From: Vulcanimicrobiota bacterium
Lineage (GTDB): Bacteria > Vulcanimicrobiota > Vulcanimicrobiia > Vulcanimicrobiales > Vulcanimicrobiaceae
DNA: 64,000 nt
Direction of reading: 5' to 3'
NCBI GenBank assembly: GCA_963695225.1
Contig: OY968762.1
Span: 2,656,001 to 2,720,000 of the forward strand
This document shows positions 1 through 10,700 of the stretch, one piece after another (position 1 is the stretch's first letter; every line of letters starts with the position of its first letter). The notes beneath the pieces were generated by a model, which made no database searches, was not told where the DNA came from, and was given only the letters and a program-made list of their open reading frames with translations. Position numbers and translations under genes: made by a program.

Positions 1-109
1 GACGGGCGCTCCGAGTTCGCCGAAAGCGGAGCCCGCCGCCGCCATCGATCCCGACCGCATCCTGGACGCGCTCTACGGGACCCCCGCCGCCAAACTCGAC
101 GAGGCGTAA
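1..109 (+). CDS. 3' end of an unidentified gene running in from the window edge
   Basis: Frame 2 is open from the edge to TAA at 107-109 (...AAIDPDRILDALYGTPAAKLDEA*), with high-GC3 codons. Confidence 0.5.
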   Translation, partial: TGAPSSPKAEPAAAIDPDRILDALYGTPAAKLDEA

Positions 110-125
110 CGCCGGCCTAGCCGCC

Positions 126-728
126 ATGCAACCGCAGATCGATGCAAGCGCGGACGTCCGGGATTCACGCCTCGGCGCTTGGGCGAGCGTCGGTCCGCGG
201 ACGACGATCGTCGAATCAACCTTCGGCGATTACTCGTACGCCGCGAACGACGCGAACGTGATCTACAGCGAGATCGGGAAGTTCTGCTCGATCGCGGCGT
301 TCGCGCGGATCAACCCCGGTAACCATCCGCTCGAGCGGGCGGCGCTGCATCACTTCACCTATCGCAGCCGCTCCTATGGGCTCGCGGACGACGACGATCT
401 CGACTTCTTCGAGCGGCGCCGCGCGAGCAAGGTCACGCTCGGGCACGATGTGTGGATCGGCCACGGCGCGATCGTCCTGCCCGGCGTGAAGGTCGGCATC
501 GGCGCCGCGATCGGCGCGGGCGCCGTCGTCAGCAAGGACGTCCCGGCTTTCTCCGTGGTCGCGGGCGTACCGGCGAAGATCATCCGCTACCGCTTCGACG
601 AAGCCGCGCGGGACGGCTTGCTCGAGCTCGCGTGGTGGGATTGGCCGCGCGAACGGCTCGCCGCCGCGCTTCCCGACTTCCGTGCGCTCGACGTGTCGGC
701 GTTCATCGCGAAGTACGGCGGCCTGTGA
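126..728 (+). CDS. Hexapeptide-repeat (CatB/Vat-like) acetyltransferase, phosphonate-metabolism-associated type
   Basis: GDYSY, IGKFCSIA, NPGNHP..RA..HHFTYR, GHDVWIGHGA, IGAGAVV left-handed beta-helix motifs. Confidence 0.85.
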   Translation: MQPQIDASADVRDSRLGAWASVGPRTTIVESTFGDYSYAANDANVIYSEIGKFCSIAAFARINPGNHPLERAALHHFTYRSRSYGLADDDDLDFFERRRASKVTLGHDVWIGHGAIVLPGVKVGIGAAIGAGAVVSKDVPAFSVVAGVPAKIIRYRFDEAARDGLLELAWWDWPRERLAAALPDFRALDVSAFIAKYGGL

Positions 729-737
729 CGTCACGCG

Positions 738-1211
738 CTACACGGTGACGCCTTGAAGATCGCTGCCGCTGACGTAGAGCGCCGCGATCTGCTCGAACAG
801 CGCGCGCTCGGCTGGGCCGAAGCGTGCGAGCTGCGGGCTGTCGACGTCGAGCACGCCGACGAGTTCCCCGCCGGAGAGAAGTGGGACGACGATCTCCGAG
901 CGCGAGGCGGCGTCGCAAGCGATGTGCCCCGGGAAGGCGTGCACGTCGTCGACGACGATCGTGCGGCGCTCGGCGGCCGCGGTCCCGCAGACGCCGCGCC
1001 CGAGTGCGATCCGAACGCAGGCGGGTTTTCCTTGGAAGGGCCCGAGCACGAGCTCGCCGCCGCGCAAGAAGTAGAAGCCGGCCCAATTGAGCGCCGGGCA
1101 GCCGTGGTAGAGCGCGGCCGCGAGGTTCGCCGCGTTCGCGACCGGATCGCGCTCGCCGGCGATCAGCGCCGCCGCGCTTTCGACGTCGAGGAGCTCCGCG
1201 AAATCATGCAT
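738..1211 (-). CDS. msrC: GAF-domain protein, free methionine-R-sulfoxide reductase (fRMsr/YebR-like)
   Basis: NWAGFY, LGPFQGKPAC, GRGVCG, FPGHIACD, SEIVVP, LDVDSP. Confidence 0.85.
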   Translation of the reverse strand: MHDFAELLDVESAAALIAGERDPVANAANLAAALYHGCPALNWAGFYFLRGGELVLGPFQGKPACVRIALGRGVCGTAAAERRTIVVDDVHAFPGHIACDAASRSEIVVPLLSGGELVGVLDVDSPQLARFGPAERALFEQIAALYVSGSDLQGVTV

Positions 1212-1277
1212 CGCCGCGAACGCTTCGCCGCCCGAGTCGCGCGGACCGCCGCTCGAAATCGCGCGGACCGGCGCGGC

Positions 1278-2114
1278 TCAGATCGCGAGCGCGGGGGCCG
1301 GAATGTTCGCGGGGCGGACGTAGTCGGCGCCGAGCAAGCCGAAAAGTTCGCGTTCGGGGATCGGGGTGGGGAGCGTGAGCGGGACGCCGCGGAGCATCCG
1401 CTCCGCGAGCTCGACCCACGGCGCGCCGAGCTCGCCGCTCGGATCTTGTTCGAAGACGGTCTGCGCCGTGAGGCGCGATTTGCGGACGCCGTCGTTTTCG
1501 GGGATGCACGTCAGGCAGACGCTCCCGATCCGCTCGGCGAACGGGCCGACGAGCTCGGCATTGCTCGCGCGATTCGCGACGATCCCGGCGAGCATGCCGC
1601 CGCCGGTCTTCTGCTTGATCGTGATCGCGGTCGCGATCCGGTTCGCGGCGAAGATCGAATCGAAATCGTTCGTGGCGACGATGATCACTTGCTCGGAATG
1701 CTGCAGCGGGGCCGAGAAGCCGCCGCAGACGACGTCGCCGAGGACGTCGAACACCATCACGTCATAGCTCTTGTAGACGCCGAATTTTTCGAGCAGCTTG
1801 ACGGTTTCCCCGACGACGTACCCGCCGCAGCCCGCGCCCGCCGGCGGCCCGCCCGCCTCGACGCAATCGACGCCGAACTTTCCGGCGACGATGATCTCCT
1901 CGCGCTCGATCTCGTCGGTCTTGAACTTGTAGGACGAGAGAACTTCGACCACGGTCGGGATCAGGTAGCCCGTCAGCGTGAACGTCGAGTCATGCTTGGG
2001 GTCGCAGCCTACCTGGATCGTCTTCTGGCCCAAGCGCCCGAATGCGGCGGACAGATTCGATGAGAACGTGCTCTTGCCGATTCCACCCTTGCCGTAAACC
2101 GCGATCTTGAGCAT
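1278..2114 (-). CDS. bchL: Light-independent protochlorophyllide reductase Fe-S ATP-binding subunit
   Basis: [24 protein letters not shown] (BchL/ChlL form, not NifH or BchX); [32 protein letters not shown] upstream. Confidence 0.93.
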   Translation of the reverse strand: MLKIAVYGKGGIGKSTFSSNLSAAFGRLGQKTIQVGCDPKHDSTFTLTGYLIPTVVEVLSSYKFKTDEIEREEIIVAGKFGVDCVEAGGPPAGAGCGGYVVGETVKLLEKFGVYKSYDVMVFDVLGDVVCGGFSAPLQHSEQVIIVATNDFDSIFAANRIATAITIKQKTGGGMLAGIVANRASNAELVGPFAERIGSVCLTCIPENDGVRKSRLTAQTVFEQDPSGELGAPWVELAERMLRGVPLTLPTPIPERELFGLLGADYVRPANIPAPALAI

Positions 2115-2154
2115 GCAGTTCCCCTCCGAGGCTGAGCTTGTCGGCCTGTTCCCA

Positions 2155-2199
2155 AGGCTACCCGCCCTCGCCTGCGGCCACGGTGATGACTATCACCGT
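2155..2199 (-). promoter_or_regulatory. Predicted class II CRP/FNR-type promoter of bchL
   Basis: Perfect palindrome ACGGTGAT-GACT-ATCACCGT at 2180-2199 (core GTGA-N6-TCAC); -10-like TAGCCT at 2160-2155; site centre at -41.5. Confidence 0.75.
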
Positions 2200-2211
2200 C
2201 CCGGCCGGGCT

Positions 2212-2700
2212 CTACAGCGGCCAGACGGCGTTGAGGCCGGAATACAGGGCGTTTTGACGGCGCGCCCAGGCTTTCGCGATATCGTACATATCGCCGCGCG
2301 CCCCGGAGGCCAAGTTCGTCGTCCCCTGGTAGCGGTGCAGGGCGTCCGCGCCGACCACGGGCACGAGCGCTCTGATCGTGTCTCGATCGATCTCGACGCG
2401 GATGGAGCAATCGCCGTTCGTTTCCTCGACGGCGACGTAGACGAAGCAGTCGAGTTCGTCGTTCTTGTTGAGGTCGATGAGCGCTGAGGCCACGGCGGGT
2501 GGAAGATCGGAGATGATCGACGTCGCGAGCTTGTAGCAGACCGGTTCCCGAACGTTCGGGTCGCGTTCGACCAAGGTGACCGATGTTAGGTCGCTGACCC
2601 CTTTGGTCTGGTCCACGTAACGCGCCAAGGCGTCGATCAGGTTCTCGCCCTCGATCGTGGCGCCGTCGTTGTCGCGCGTGCTGATGCGATAGGTGTTCAT
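2212..2700 (-). CDS. Hypothetical protein (162 aa, MNTYRIST...)
   Basis: Natural amino-acid composition from ATG at 2700; the upstream part of the listed ORF overlaps the opposite-strand gene. Confidence 0.65.
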   Translation of the reverse strand: MNTYRISTRDNDGATIEGENLIDALARYVDQTKGVSDLTSVTLVERDPNVREPVCYKLATSIISDLPPAVASALIDLNKNDELDCFVYVAVEETNGDCSIRVEIDRDTIRALVPVVGADALHRYQGTTNLASGARGDMYDIAKAWARRQNALYSGLNAVWPL

Positions 2701-2842
2701 ACGTGCGGCCTTCCTCGCTCGCGTCTCTTTCGTGGCCGAGCTTGCGACGGCATCCTCGGCCTCACCCTCCGGCGGGCGCCGGGCGCCGCGAAGAAAGTAT
2801 CCGTGCTCCGGCTCCGGAACGTGCGGGGATGGAGCCGAAGGG

Positions 2843-3454
2843 ATGATCGTCACGATCGCTCGCCAGTACGGGAGCGCCGCCCTCTCGGTCGGCCGGATCG
2901 TCGCGGAGCAACTCGGCGCGGCGCTCGTCCACGACGAGCTGCCGACGGTCGTCGCGACCCGCCTCGGGATCACGCGCGAGGCGGCGGAGTCGGTCGGGGC
3001 GCGCCCGCCGCATTTCGCCGAGCGAATCCTGCGCGGCCTCGCCGCCGGGACGCCGGAGGCCCTCCAGGATTCCCCGCCCGAGGAAATCGACGCGGCCTAC
3101 GTCCGCGAGATCGAGCGGGCCGTCCGGGAGCGGGCAGCCCTCGGCCCCTGCGTCATCCTAGGGCGCGCCGCCGGGCGCGTTCTCCGCGGCCGCCAGGACC
3201 TCGTGACGGTCTTCCTTCACGCTCCGCTGCCCTGGCGCGTCGCGCGCGTGATGGATTCGCTCGGCTGCAACGAACGCACCGCGCGCTCCGAGATCGCGCG
3301 CGTCGACGCTGCTCGCGCTCAATACACGCGCGAGCGATACGGGGCCGACTGGCGCGATGCCGCCGGGTATACGCTCGCGCTCGACGTCGCCGCCTGCGGC
3401 ATCGAAGGATCCGCCCGCTTGATCGTGCAGACGGCACAGGCATCGGCCCGTTGA
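2843..3454 (+). CDS. Cytidylate kinase-like family protein
   Basis: MIVTIARQYGS start, CVILGRAA, VFLHAP..WR, D..R..Y motifs of the Cytidylate_kin2 family. Confidence 0.8.
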   Translation: MIVTIARQYGSAALSVGRIVAEQLGAALVHDELPTVVATRLGITREAAESVGARPPHFAERILRGLAAGTPEALQDSPPEEIDAAYVREIERAVRERAALGPCVILGRAAGRVLRGRQDLVTVFLHAPLPWRVARVMDSLGCNERTARSEIARVDAARAQYTRERYGADWRDAAGYTLALDVAACGIEGSARLIVQTAQASAR

Positions 3455-4710
3455 TTTCGCGCGAAGCGCCCGCCGGGACCGAGCCGCGCGTCCCCAAGCG
3501 CGCGGGCCTGTGGGCACCGTTCGGATTTCGCGATTTCAGGCTCTTGTGGTCCGGGCTGCTCGTTTCGAACGTCGGCACCTGGATGCAGATCACGACGCTC
3601 GGCTACTTCGTCGTGCACCTGGCGGCGACGCCGGCGCTCGCCTCCCTGTACACGGGCCTGCTCGGGCTCTCCGTCGCGATCCCCGTCTTCACGCTCTCGC
3701 CGCTCGCGGGGGCGATCGCCGATCGAGTCCCGCGCCGTCGCATCCTCCTCGTGACGAACGCGGTCCTCGTAGCCGTGGCGCTCGCGCTGGCAGTGCTCTC
3801 GACCTCCGGGCGGCTCACGCTCGCGCTCGTCCTGGGGATCTCCGTCGTACGCGCGGCGGCTGCCGCGTTCGATTCGCCGGCGCGGCAGAGTTGGGTTTCG
3901 TTGATCGTCCCGCGCGAGAGTCTGGGGAGCGCGATCGGCTTGAACTCGATCGCCTTCAACGCGCCGAGCGTCGTCGGCCCGCCGATCGCGGGCCTGCTGA
4001 TCATCTGGACGGGCGTCGGCTCGGCATTTTACGTGAACGCGATCTCGACGCTCGCCGTGATTGCGGCGGTCTTTGCGATGCGCCCGGTCCCGCCCTCGAC
4101 GACGAAGCGCGAGCCCGTGCTGCGCTCGATCTGGGCAGGCATCACGTTTTTGGCGACGCATCGCATCCTGCGTTCGGTCGTGATCGTGCTGCTCGCGACC
4201 TCCGCGCTCGTGCGGCCCTACGCGCAGATGCTGCCGGCCTACGCGGCGCACGTCGTGCACGTGGACGCGCGCGGCCTCGGCTGGCTGCTCGCCTCCAGCG
4301 GCTCCGGCGCCATCCTCGGTTCGCTCCTGACGGCGATCGTCGGCTCGCGAAAACGCGGGACGATCTGGTTCGCGAGCGCCGTCGCGATGTCGCTCGCGGC
4401 GATCGCGCTCGGCGCAACCCGCTCCTTCGGGGGTGCGGTTCTCATTCTCATCGTGATGGGGATGTCGGTCATGAGCTTCGCAGGCAGCTCGAACGTGCTC
4501 TTGCAAACGCTCGCGCCGGACGAGATGCGCGGCCGCGCGCTTTCGGTCTTCTCGATGGTCATTCTCGGCCTCGTTCCGCTGGGCGCCCTGATTCTCGGGA
4601 CGCTCGGGTCGATGTTCGGCCTCTCCGGCGCGACGCTCGGCGGGGGCCTCGTCGCACTGGCGATCGCGCTGTTCGCGTTCGCTCGGAACCCCGAGCTGCG
4701 CTCCGTTTAG
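3451..4710 (+). CDS. MFS transporter (MFS_3/DUF894-like)
   Basis: FRLLWSG..VSNVGTWMQ, GAIADRVPRRRIL motif A, D.PARQS, MRGRA; about 12 hydrophobic segments; TTG start overlaps upstream stop. Confidence 0.85.
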   Translation: MISREAPAGTEPRVPKRAGLWAPFGFRDFRLLWSGLLVSNVGTWMQITTLGYFVVHLAATPALASLYTGLLGLSVAIPVFTLSPLAGAIADRVPRRRILLVTNAVLVAVALALAVLSTSGRLTLALVLGISVVRAAAAAFDSPARQSWVSLIVPRESLGSAIGLNSIAFNAPSVVGPPIAGLLIIWTGVGSAFYVNAISTLAVIAAVFAMRPVPPSTTKREPVLRSIWAGITFLATHRILRSVVIVLLATSALVRPYAQMLPAYAAHVVHVDARGLGWLLASSGSGAILGSLLTAIVGSRKRGTIWFASAVAMSLAAIALGATRSFGGAVLILIVMGMSVMSFAGSSNVLLQTLAPDEMRGRALSVFSMVILGLVPLGALILGTLGSMFGLSGATLGGGLVALAIALFAFARNPELRSV

Positions 4711-4713
4711 CGG

Positions 4714-6312
4714 ATGCAGCGCGACACGATCGTCTTCTGGTTGCTGCTCGCGACCGCCGTCTTGGCGGTTGCGGCGAAGCGCTTGCGCCTGCCGTACCCG
4801 ATCGCGTTCGTCATCGGCGGCATCGTGCTCGCGCTCGTCCCGGGGCTGCCGGACGTCTCGCTCGATGCGAATCTCGTCTTCCTGATCTTCTTGCCGCCGC
4901 TGCTGTTCGGGAACGCATGGACGACGGACTGGCGCGAGTTCAAAGCCAACATCGGACCGATCGGGCTGCTCGCGACGGGGTGCGTGCTCTTCACGACGGC
5001 CGCGGTCGCGTACGTCGCGCATTACTGGATCGGCCTGCCGATCGCGGCCGCGTTCGTGCTCGGCGCGATCGTCTCGCCGCCGGACGCCGTCGCGACGGAG
5101 GCCGTCGCGGAAGATCTCACGCTCCCGCGCCGGATCGTGACGATCCTCAGCGGCGAGAGCCTCATCAACGACGCTTCGGCGCTGGTCATCTATCGCTTCG
5201 CGATCGTCGCGGTCGTCACGGGAGCGTTTTCGTGGGCGGGCGCCGTCGTCCAGTTCTTCTACGTGAGCGTCGTCGGCATCGGGATGGGATTGCTCGTCGG
5301 CTGGATCTTCGTGCGAGCCCAAGAACTCCTCAACGACAAGGGGCTCGCCGACGAGCTGATCGACACGACGTTGACGCTGATCGCTCCGTTCGTGAGCTAT
5401 CTTCCGGCGGAAGCCGTTCACGCTTCGGGCGTGCTCGCAACCGTTGCGAGCGGATTCTACATCAGCCGCCGCGCGCCGATCATCTTGAGTTCGGATTCGC
5501 GCATCGCGGCTTCGAGCGTTTGGAACCTGCTGTTCTTCGTGCTCAACGGCGCGGTGTTCATCTTGATCGGGCTCGAACTGCGCGACATCCTCGCGCGCTT
5601 GACGGCGTATCCGCTCTCGCTGCTCCTAGCGTGGGGATTCGGGATCAGCGTGCTCGTGATCGTCCTGCGGTTCGCCTGGATCTTCCCGGCCGCGTATCTG
5701 CGGCGCGCGATCGTGCGCGCGGTCTTGCGGCGCCCGGTTGAAGCCGCGCCGTGGCAGTGGACCGTCGTCCTCTCATGGGCCGGGATGCGCGGGATCGTCT
5801 CCCTCGCAGCCGCGCTCGCGTTGCCGCAAGTCACGGCTGATGGAGGCCCCTTCCCGGGCCGCGACCTGATCTTGTTCCTTTCGTTTTGCGTCATCGCCGT
5901 CACCCTGATCGGGCAAGGGCTGACGCTCCCCTGGCTGATCAAGACCCTGCGCGTAACGGAGCGGGACCAATCCGTCCGCATGGAGACGGAAGCGCGCATC
6001 TTCGCGCTCACGGCGGCGCGCAAACACATCGCGACGCTCGAGCCGACATTCCAGTCGGTCCAACAGTGGGAGGTCGCCGGGCGGCTCTATGCTGCGTACG
6101 ATCAACGCATCGCGCACTTCGAGGCCCACCTCGACGGCATCCGCGACGACGAGCAGATCGCGTCGGTCAGGATCGAGCACGAGTTGGACCACGAGGCGGT
6201 CGCCGCGGAGCGGAGCGCGCTCTTGGCCTTGCGGCGGGAGGGCAAGATCACGGACGAGATCTACCGCCGCCTCGAATGGGAGGTCGATCTCGCCGAGTCC
6301 CGCCTCAAGTGA
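4714..6312 (+). CDS. CPA1-family Na+/H+ antiporter (NhaP/YjcE type)
   Basis: FLPPLLF, SPPDAVA, GESLINDA, SGVLA, WAGMRGIVSLAAAL, QGLTLP. Confidence 0.92.
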   Translation: MQRDTIVFWLLLATAVLAVAAKRLRLPYPIAFVIGGIVLALVPGLPDVSLDANLVFLIFLPPLLFGNAWTTDWREFKANIGPIGLLATGCVLFTTAAVAYVAHYWIGLPIAAAFVLGAIVSPPDAVATEAVAEDLTLPRRIVTILSGESLINDASALVIYRFAIVAVVTGAFSWAGAVVQFFYVSVVGIGMGLLVGWIFVRAQELLNDKGLADELIDTTLTLIAPFVSYLPAEAVHASGVLATVASGFYISRRAPIILSSDSRIAASSVWNLLFFVLNGAVFILIGLELRDILARLTAYPLSLLLAWGFGISVLVIVLRFAWIFPAAYLRRAIVRAVLRRPVEAAPWQWTVVLSWAGMRGIVSLAAALALPQVTADGGPFPGRDLILFLSFCVIAVTLIGQGLTLPWLIKTLRVTERDQSVRMETEARIFALTAARKHIATLEPTFQSVQQWEVAGRLYAAYDQRIAHFEAHLDGIRDDEQIASVRIEHELDHEAVAAERSALLALRREGKITDEIYRRLEWEVDLAESRLK

Positions 6313-6340
6313 GGGGCGCTTTCCTGCCGAACACCCCAGC

Positions 6341-7552
6341 ATGGGAGTACCCGCCGGCTCGAAGGATGCCGGCCGCCTCGGCGTTCTGGACGGCCTGCGC
6401 GGCATCGCGATTCTGCTGGTGTTGTGGTTTCACGTGTGGCAGCTGTCGTGGCTGCGTGCGGACGTTTCGCTCTTCGGCCGAACGCTGAATTTCAACTGGA
6501 TCCCCGAGACCGGGTTCATCGGGGTCGACCTGTTCTTTTTCATCAGCGGCTTCTGCCTGTTCTATCCCTACGCGCGGACGCTCTTCGACGGCCGGGCCAA
6601 GCAGACGCTCGGCGACTACGCATGGCATCGCGCGCGGAAGATCTTGCCCTCGTACGTGGTCGCGATCGCCGTCCTCGTCGGAATCGGCTTCGCGCAGTTC
6701 GATTCGTGGCAGGAAGCGTTTCGCCACATCGGCCTGCACCTCGCGTTCCTCCACACCTGGTTTCCGGACGCCTACGGATCGATCAACGGCGTCTTCTGGT
6801 CGCTCGGGGTCGAAGTGCAGTTCTATGCGATCTTCCCGCTCTTGTGCTGGGCTGCGATGCGCCTCCCTTGGCCGACGTTCGCAGCGATGTGCCTCGCCGC
6901 CGTAGCGTATCGGACCGGCTTGCACGGGCTCGCCGGCGGGCCGCTCAGCCAGGCCGTCTCGCAAGTTTTCGGAACGCTCGACCTGTTCGCGGCGGGGATG
7001 GCGGCGGCGTACGCCTACCGCCTGATCTCGATCCGGCATCCCAAGCTCGCCGGCAACGCGTGGCTTTGGACGCTCGTCGCGCTCGCGGGCTGCGCCGCAG
7101 CCGAACTCCTTTCGATCGGCCTGTTCAATCGGCGCGCGCTCCCCGATTGGGCGAGCGGCTGGTACGTCCTGGGGCGCACTCCGCTCGCGCTCTCGTTCTT
7201 CGTTCTGACGATCGGATCGCTCTTCGCAGCGAGCTGGTGGAGAGCGCTGCTCGCGAATCCCGCGCTCGCGTTCCTATCGGTCGTTTCCTACAATCTCTAT
7301 CTGTGGCATCCGGTCGTCGCGTCCTATCTCCGCACGCAGCCGATCTTCCCATGGCATGCGACGATGCCGATGGAGGCGCCCGTATCGCAGCGTCTCGCCT
7401 ACGCGCTGCTCGCGATTGCGTGCTCGATCGCCCTCGCCGCAATCCCGACGTTTGCGCTCGAACGCCCCTTGCTGCGCCTACCGTTACCCGCCTTCGGCCG
7501 CCCCCGCGCAAGCGTAGCCGCCGCCCCCAGAACGAGCGTCGAACCAACGTAG
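6341..7552 (+). CDS. Acyltransferase family 3 (OafA/YrhL-like O-acetyltransferase)
   Basis: LDGLRGIAILLV..FH, GVDLFFFISGF, R..KILP, FWSLGVEVQFY, SYNLYLWH, ERP. Confidence 0.9.
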   Translation: MGVPAGSKDAGRLGVLDGLRGIAILLVLWFHVWQLSWLRADVSLFGRTLNFNWIPETGFIGVDLFFFISGFCLFYPYARTLFDGRAKQTLGDYAWHRARKILPSYVVAIAVLVGIGFAQFDSWQEAFRHIGLHLAFLHTWFPDAYGSINGVFWSLGVEVQFYAIFPLLCWAAMRLPWPTFAAMCLAAVAYRTGLHGLAGGPLSQAVSQVFGTLDLFAAGMAAAYAYRLISIRHPKLAGNAWLWTLVALAGCAAAELLSIGLFNRRALPDWASGWYVLGRTPLALSFFVLTIGSLFAASWWRALLANPALAFLSVVSYNLYLWHPVVASYLRTQPIFPWHATMPMEAPVSQRLAYALLAIACSIALAAIPTFALERPLLRLPLPAFGRPRASVAAAPRTSVEPT

Positions 7553-7616
7553 ACCCACGATCCCCCGCGGAAGCCCTTGGGCACGCTCGCTCGTCGACGC
7601 GCTCAGCGTGAAATTA

Positions 7617-7787
7617 GAATGCAGGTAGCGTCCGGAGCGGGGCGGGGTTTCTCCGCGGGGCGTGCAGCTTGCCCGCGGAGCCACGATGGCGGGAGCGGGC
7701 AAGTGCACGAGTAGCCGTTTCGCATGGATGCGAAACGGCGGGCGTCCCCGCGGAGGAACCCCGCCCCGCTCCGGACGCGGCCCACGC
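7617..7787 (+). repeat. Structured GTAG-type repeat, complete copy A
   Basis: GTAG at 7625; outer inverted repeat 7628-7662/7743-7778; hairpin 1 7662-7708; second GTAG at 7711; hairpin 2 7714-7739; near-identical sequence at 40914-41176 (inverted) and at 57834-57923 plus 58982-59057. Confidence 0.9.
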
Positions 7788-7793
7788 TTCTGA

Positions 7794-10700
7794 CTACTCG
7801 CTCGCCGCAGCGCTCAACTGTTGCTTGTACGTCGCCAGTTCGACATCGCCGTCGAGTTCATTGAGCTTGGTCTTCAGTTGTTGCTCGAGATCGGCGTCGG
7901 CCCACATCCCTCGGCGGTTCGTATCGAGGAGGATCTCGCCGAGATCGCGCGTTTTGTGCGGGTTCGCCTCGGCGATGCGCGCCCACTCGTCGAGGGTCGT
8001 CTCGACAGTGCGTTTCCACAAGTCCGGGGCGATCGTGTCCCCGAGCGCCGCCTCCGTCGAGCGCATTGCTTTGAAGATGTCGCCGAATTCCATCACGCCC
8101 GAGTAGCCGTGTTCCATCATCCGGTCGCGCCACGATTTCGAGAGGAAACGCGTGAGTACGCCGTTGACGACGACGTTGCGGAAGTTGCGGACCTTCGGTT
8201 CGCGCTTCGTGAGATCGCTGACGACGATCATCGTATCGCCGTGCCCCATCGCGCGCTTCGCCGCGCCGAACGCGGACGTGAAGGAGGCGAACATGTCTTC
8301 CTTGACGGGGCCGCCCGCGGCCATCTGGATCAGCGGCTGCTGGATCACTTCGACCTTGTGCACGAGGTATCGCTGCACGTCGGGTGCCGGCGTGACCAAG
8401 ACTTGCGCGAACTGAGGGATGAACGCGTTGCAGTTGTCCGACATCCACGCGCCGCCGATATCGTTGTAGTCGCCGAAGTTCCCCGTGTCGAGCATCGCGC
8501 CGACTTGCCCCATGAAGGCATCCTCGGGCATCCCGAAGCAGCGCGCGCGGGCGAGCGCCGGCTCGATTCCTTGAGCGATCAACTCGTCGCTGTGCTTCTT
8601 GACGTAGTTCCACTCGGGCGGCTCGTCGGCTTCGGCGGCGAGCGCGGCTGCTTCGTGGATGAGGCGGATCGCGCCGGGGAACGTGTTCTTGAAGACGGTT
8701 GATGCGTTGGCGAGCACGTCGATGCGCGGGCGCCCGAGTTCGTCGAGCGAAACGAGCTCGACGCGTTCGGAGCGATTGAAGCGATCCTTCGCGACGCGCG
8801 CGCCCATGAGGTCGAGCGCTTGCGCGATGCCGACGCCTTCGCTCTCGAGGACTTCGGAGCCCCACAGCACGACGCCGACCGCCGCCGGGTAGTGCCCCCG
8901 TTCGGCGACCGCCGCGGCGAGGATTTGTTCGACGGTGCGCTTGCCCTTGCGCTGCGCGGCCTCGCGCGGCAGCATCCGCACGTCGGTCGAGGCCATGTTG
9001 CGGCCCGTGGGAAGGACGTTCCAATCTCCCGCGATCTCGCCGCCGAGCGAGGGCTCGATGTATTTCCCCGCGAGGCAATCGATGAGCCCGCGACGCTCGG
9101 CTGCGGCGACGCTCCCGAGGTTTTGCCAGAGAACGCGCGCCCGTTCGATGAAACCGGCGAGTTGCTCGAGCTCGTACGGGCTCTTTTGCAGCGAGCGTCC
9201 GGCGATCGGCCGCGCTTGCAGGATGCCGAGGAGCGCCGATTCCCCGACCTTCCCGGCGGGGCGGAGGATCTCGCCCGAGATGAGCGATTTCCCGGCCTCG
9301 CGCAGAGCTTCGAGGATTTCGTGATTGTACGTGCCGTCCTCGGCCCGTTTCTCCGGACGGCGATTGAGTGCGTCGTAGTCGAAACCGTAGCAGCTCGCGA
9401 GCAGCCGGTAGAGATCGACGTCGCAGTACTCGAGGCATGCGAGGAACGTTTCGTGGCGGTCTGCCTCCGCCAGGTCGCGCCCGAACACGTGCTGGCCCGC
9501 CGGCGTGAATGCACCTTCGATCGAGACGAGCTCGTCGTGCACCTTCGCGACGAAGTCGCGGTTTGCGCCGCCCGGCGATTCGATGCGCAGTCCCGTGCGC
9601 CCGACGACCTCTTCGATCTCGGCCGCGAGATCGGCGCGTTTCTCCAACTCTTCGGAGTTCGCGTTATAGTAGTCGTGAACGAGCCGGTGCAGGTTGCGGA
9701 GATCCTCGCTCCCTTCCACGATGCGCAGCGGCGGGCAGAGGTGCGAGAGGATCGTCGCGTACGAACGGCGCCGCGCGATCGAGGCTTCGACGGGATCGAG
9801 GATGTTGAAGATGTACGCGTGCGGGCAGCCGTCGACGAGGAACTCCGGATAATCGCCTGCGGCCGGGGACCATTCTTTTCCGCGGCTCCACTCGACGAGG
9901 CCGTGCGTGCCCACGTGGACCATCGCGTCCGCGTTGAAGCGCCGCGTCGCGTAGCGATAGCTCGCCAGCAGCCACGGAGAAGGCGGGGCCTGTTTGTCAT
10001 GGATCGCCGAGAGATCTTCCATGCCGCGCATGTCCTGCAGCAGCACGAGGATGTTGCCGAAGCGCAACCCCTTGATCGGGATCGTCGACGGCGGCCGGCC
10101 CCAGGCTTCATAGAAGAGCGCTTCGTATTTCGGCGGGAGGTCGCTCGCCCAATCGCGGATCTCGCTGCCGGAGACCGCTCCGACCGTCAAGTATCCGGCG
10201 TACATATCTTGCAGTTTCCGGGAGAAGGCAGCGTCGTCCGCGCACGTCTCCCCGACGGTGTAACCCTCCGCGCGCAACGTCTCGAGCATCGAGCGCAAGC
10301 TTCCGGCGACGTCGAGGAAGTACGCGACGCCGACGTTGCCGGGCCCGGGCGGGAAGTTGTAGACGAAGAAGGCGACCTTCTTATCGGCGTTCGCGAGCCG
10401 GCGCAAGCGCAGCCAGCGCGTGGTGACGTCTCCGAGCAGGCGCAGGCGGTCGGGGATGGGCTCGAGCGCGCTGACGTCGGCATCCGTCGCCTCGCGCGAG
10501 CAGATCGGCGGGAGCGGCTGAATCCCTTCGGTCTCGGGCGTGACGACGTTCCCGATGTATTCGAGCGAGGTGACGCCGAACTTCGAGGCGGCGAGGTCCG
10601 CCCGCGACATTGCGGCGTTCACCGGCGACGTGTAGACCCGCGGGCTGCCGAGATCGCGGATGAAATCGATCGACGCGTCCGGAGAGCCCGCGAACATCGA

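Noticed and set aside
725..734. GTGACGTCAC palindrome as a fourth CRP box
   Set aside because: Spacer is 2 bp rather than 6, and it lies between convergent stop codons.
1237..1270. Short direct repeat TCGCGCGGACCG x2
   Set aside because: Only two GC-rich copies; plausible by chance or local duplication.
1278..2114. NifH, BchX or CfbC assignment
   Set aside because: [14 protein letters not shown] and [11 protein letters not shown] match BchL/ChlL; no nif genes nearby.
7628..7778. Three-stem repeats as tRNA, plain terminators or integron attC sites
   Set aside because: No tRNA arms or CCA end, no U-tracts, no evident RYYYAAC/GTTRRRY core pair, and no integrase in the window.
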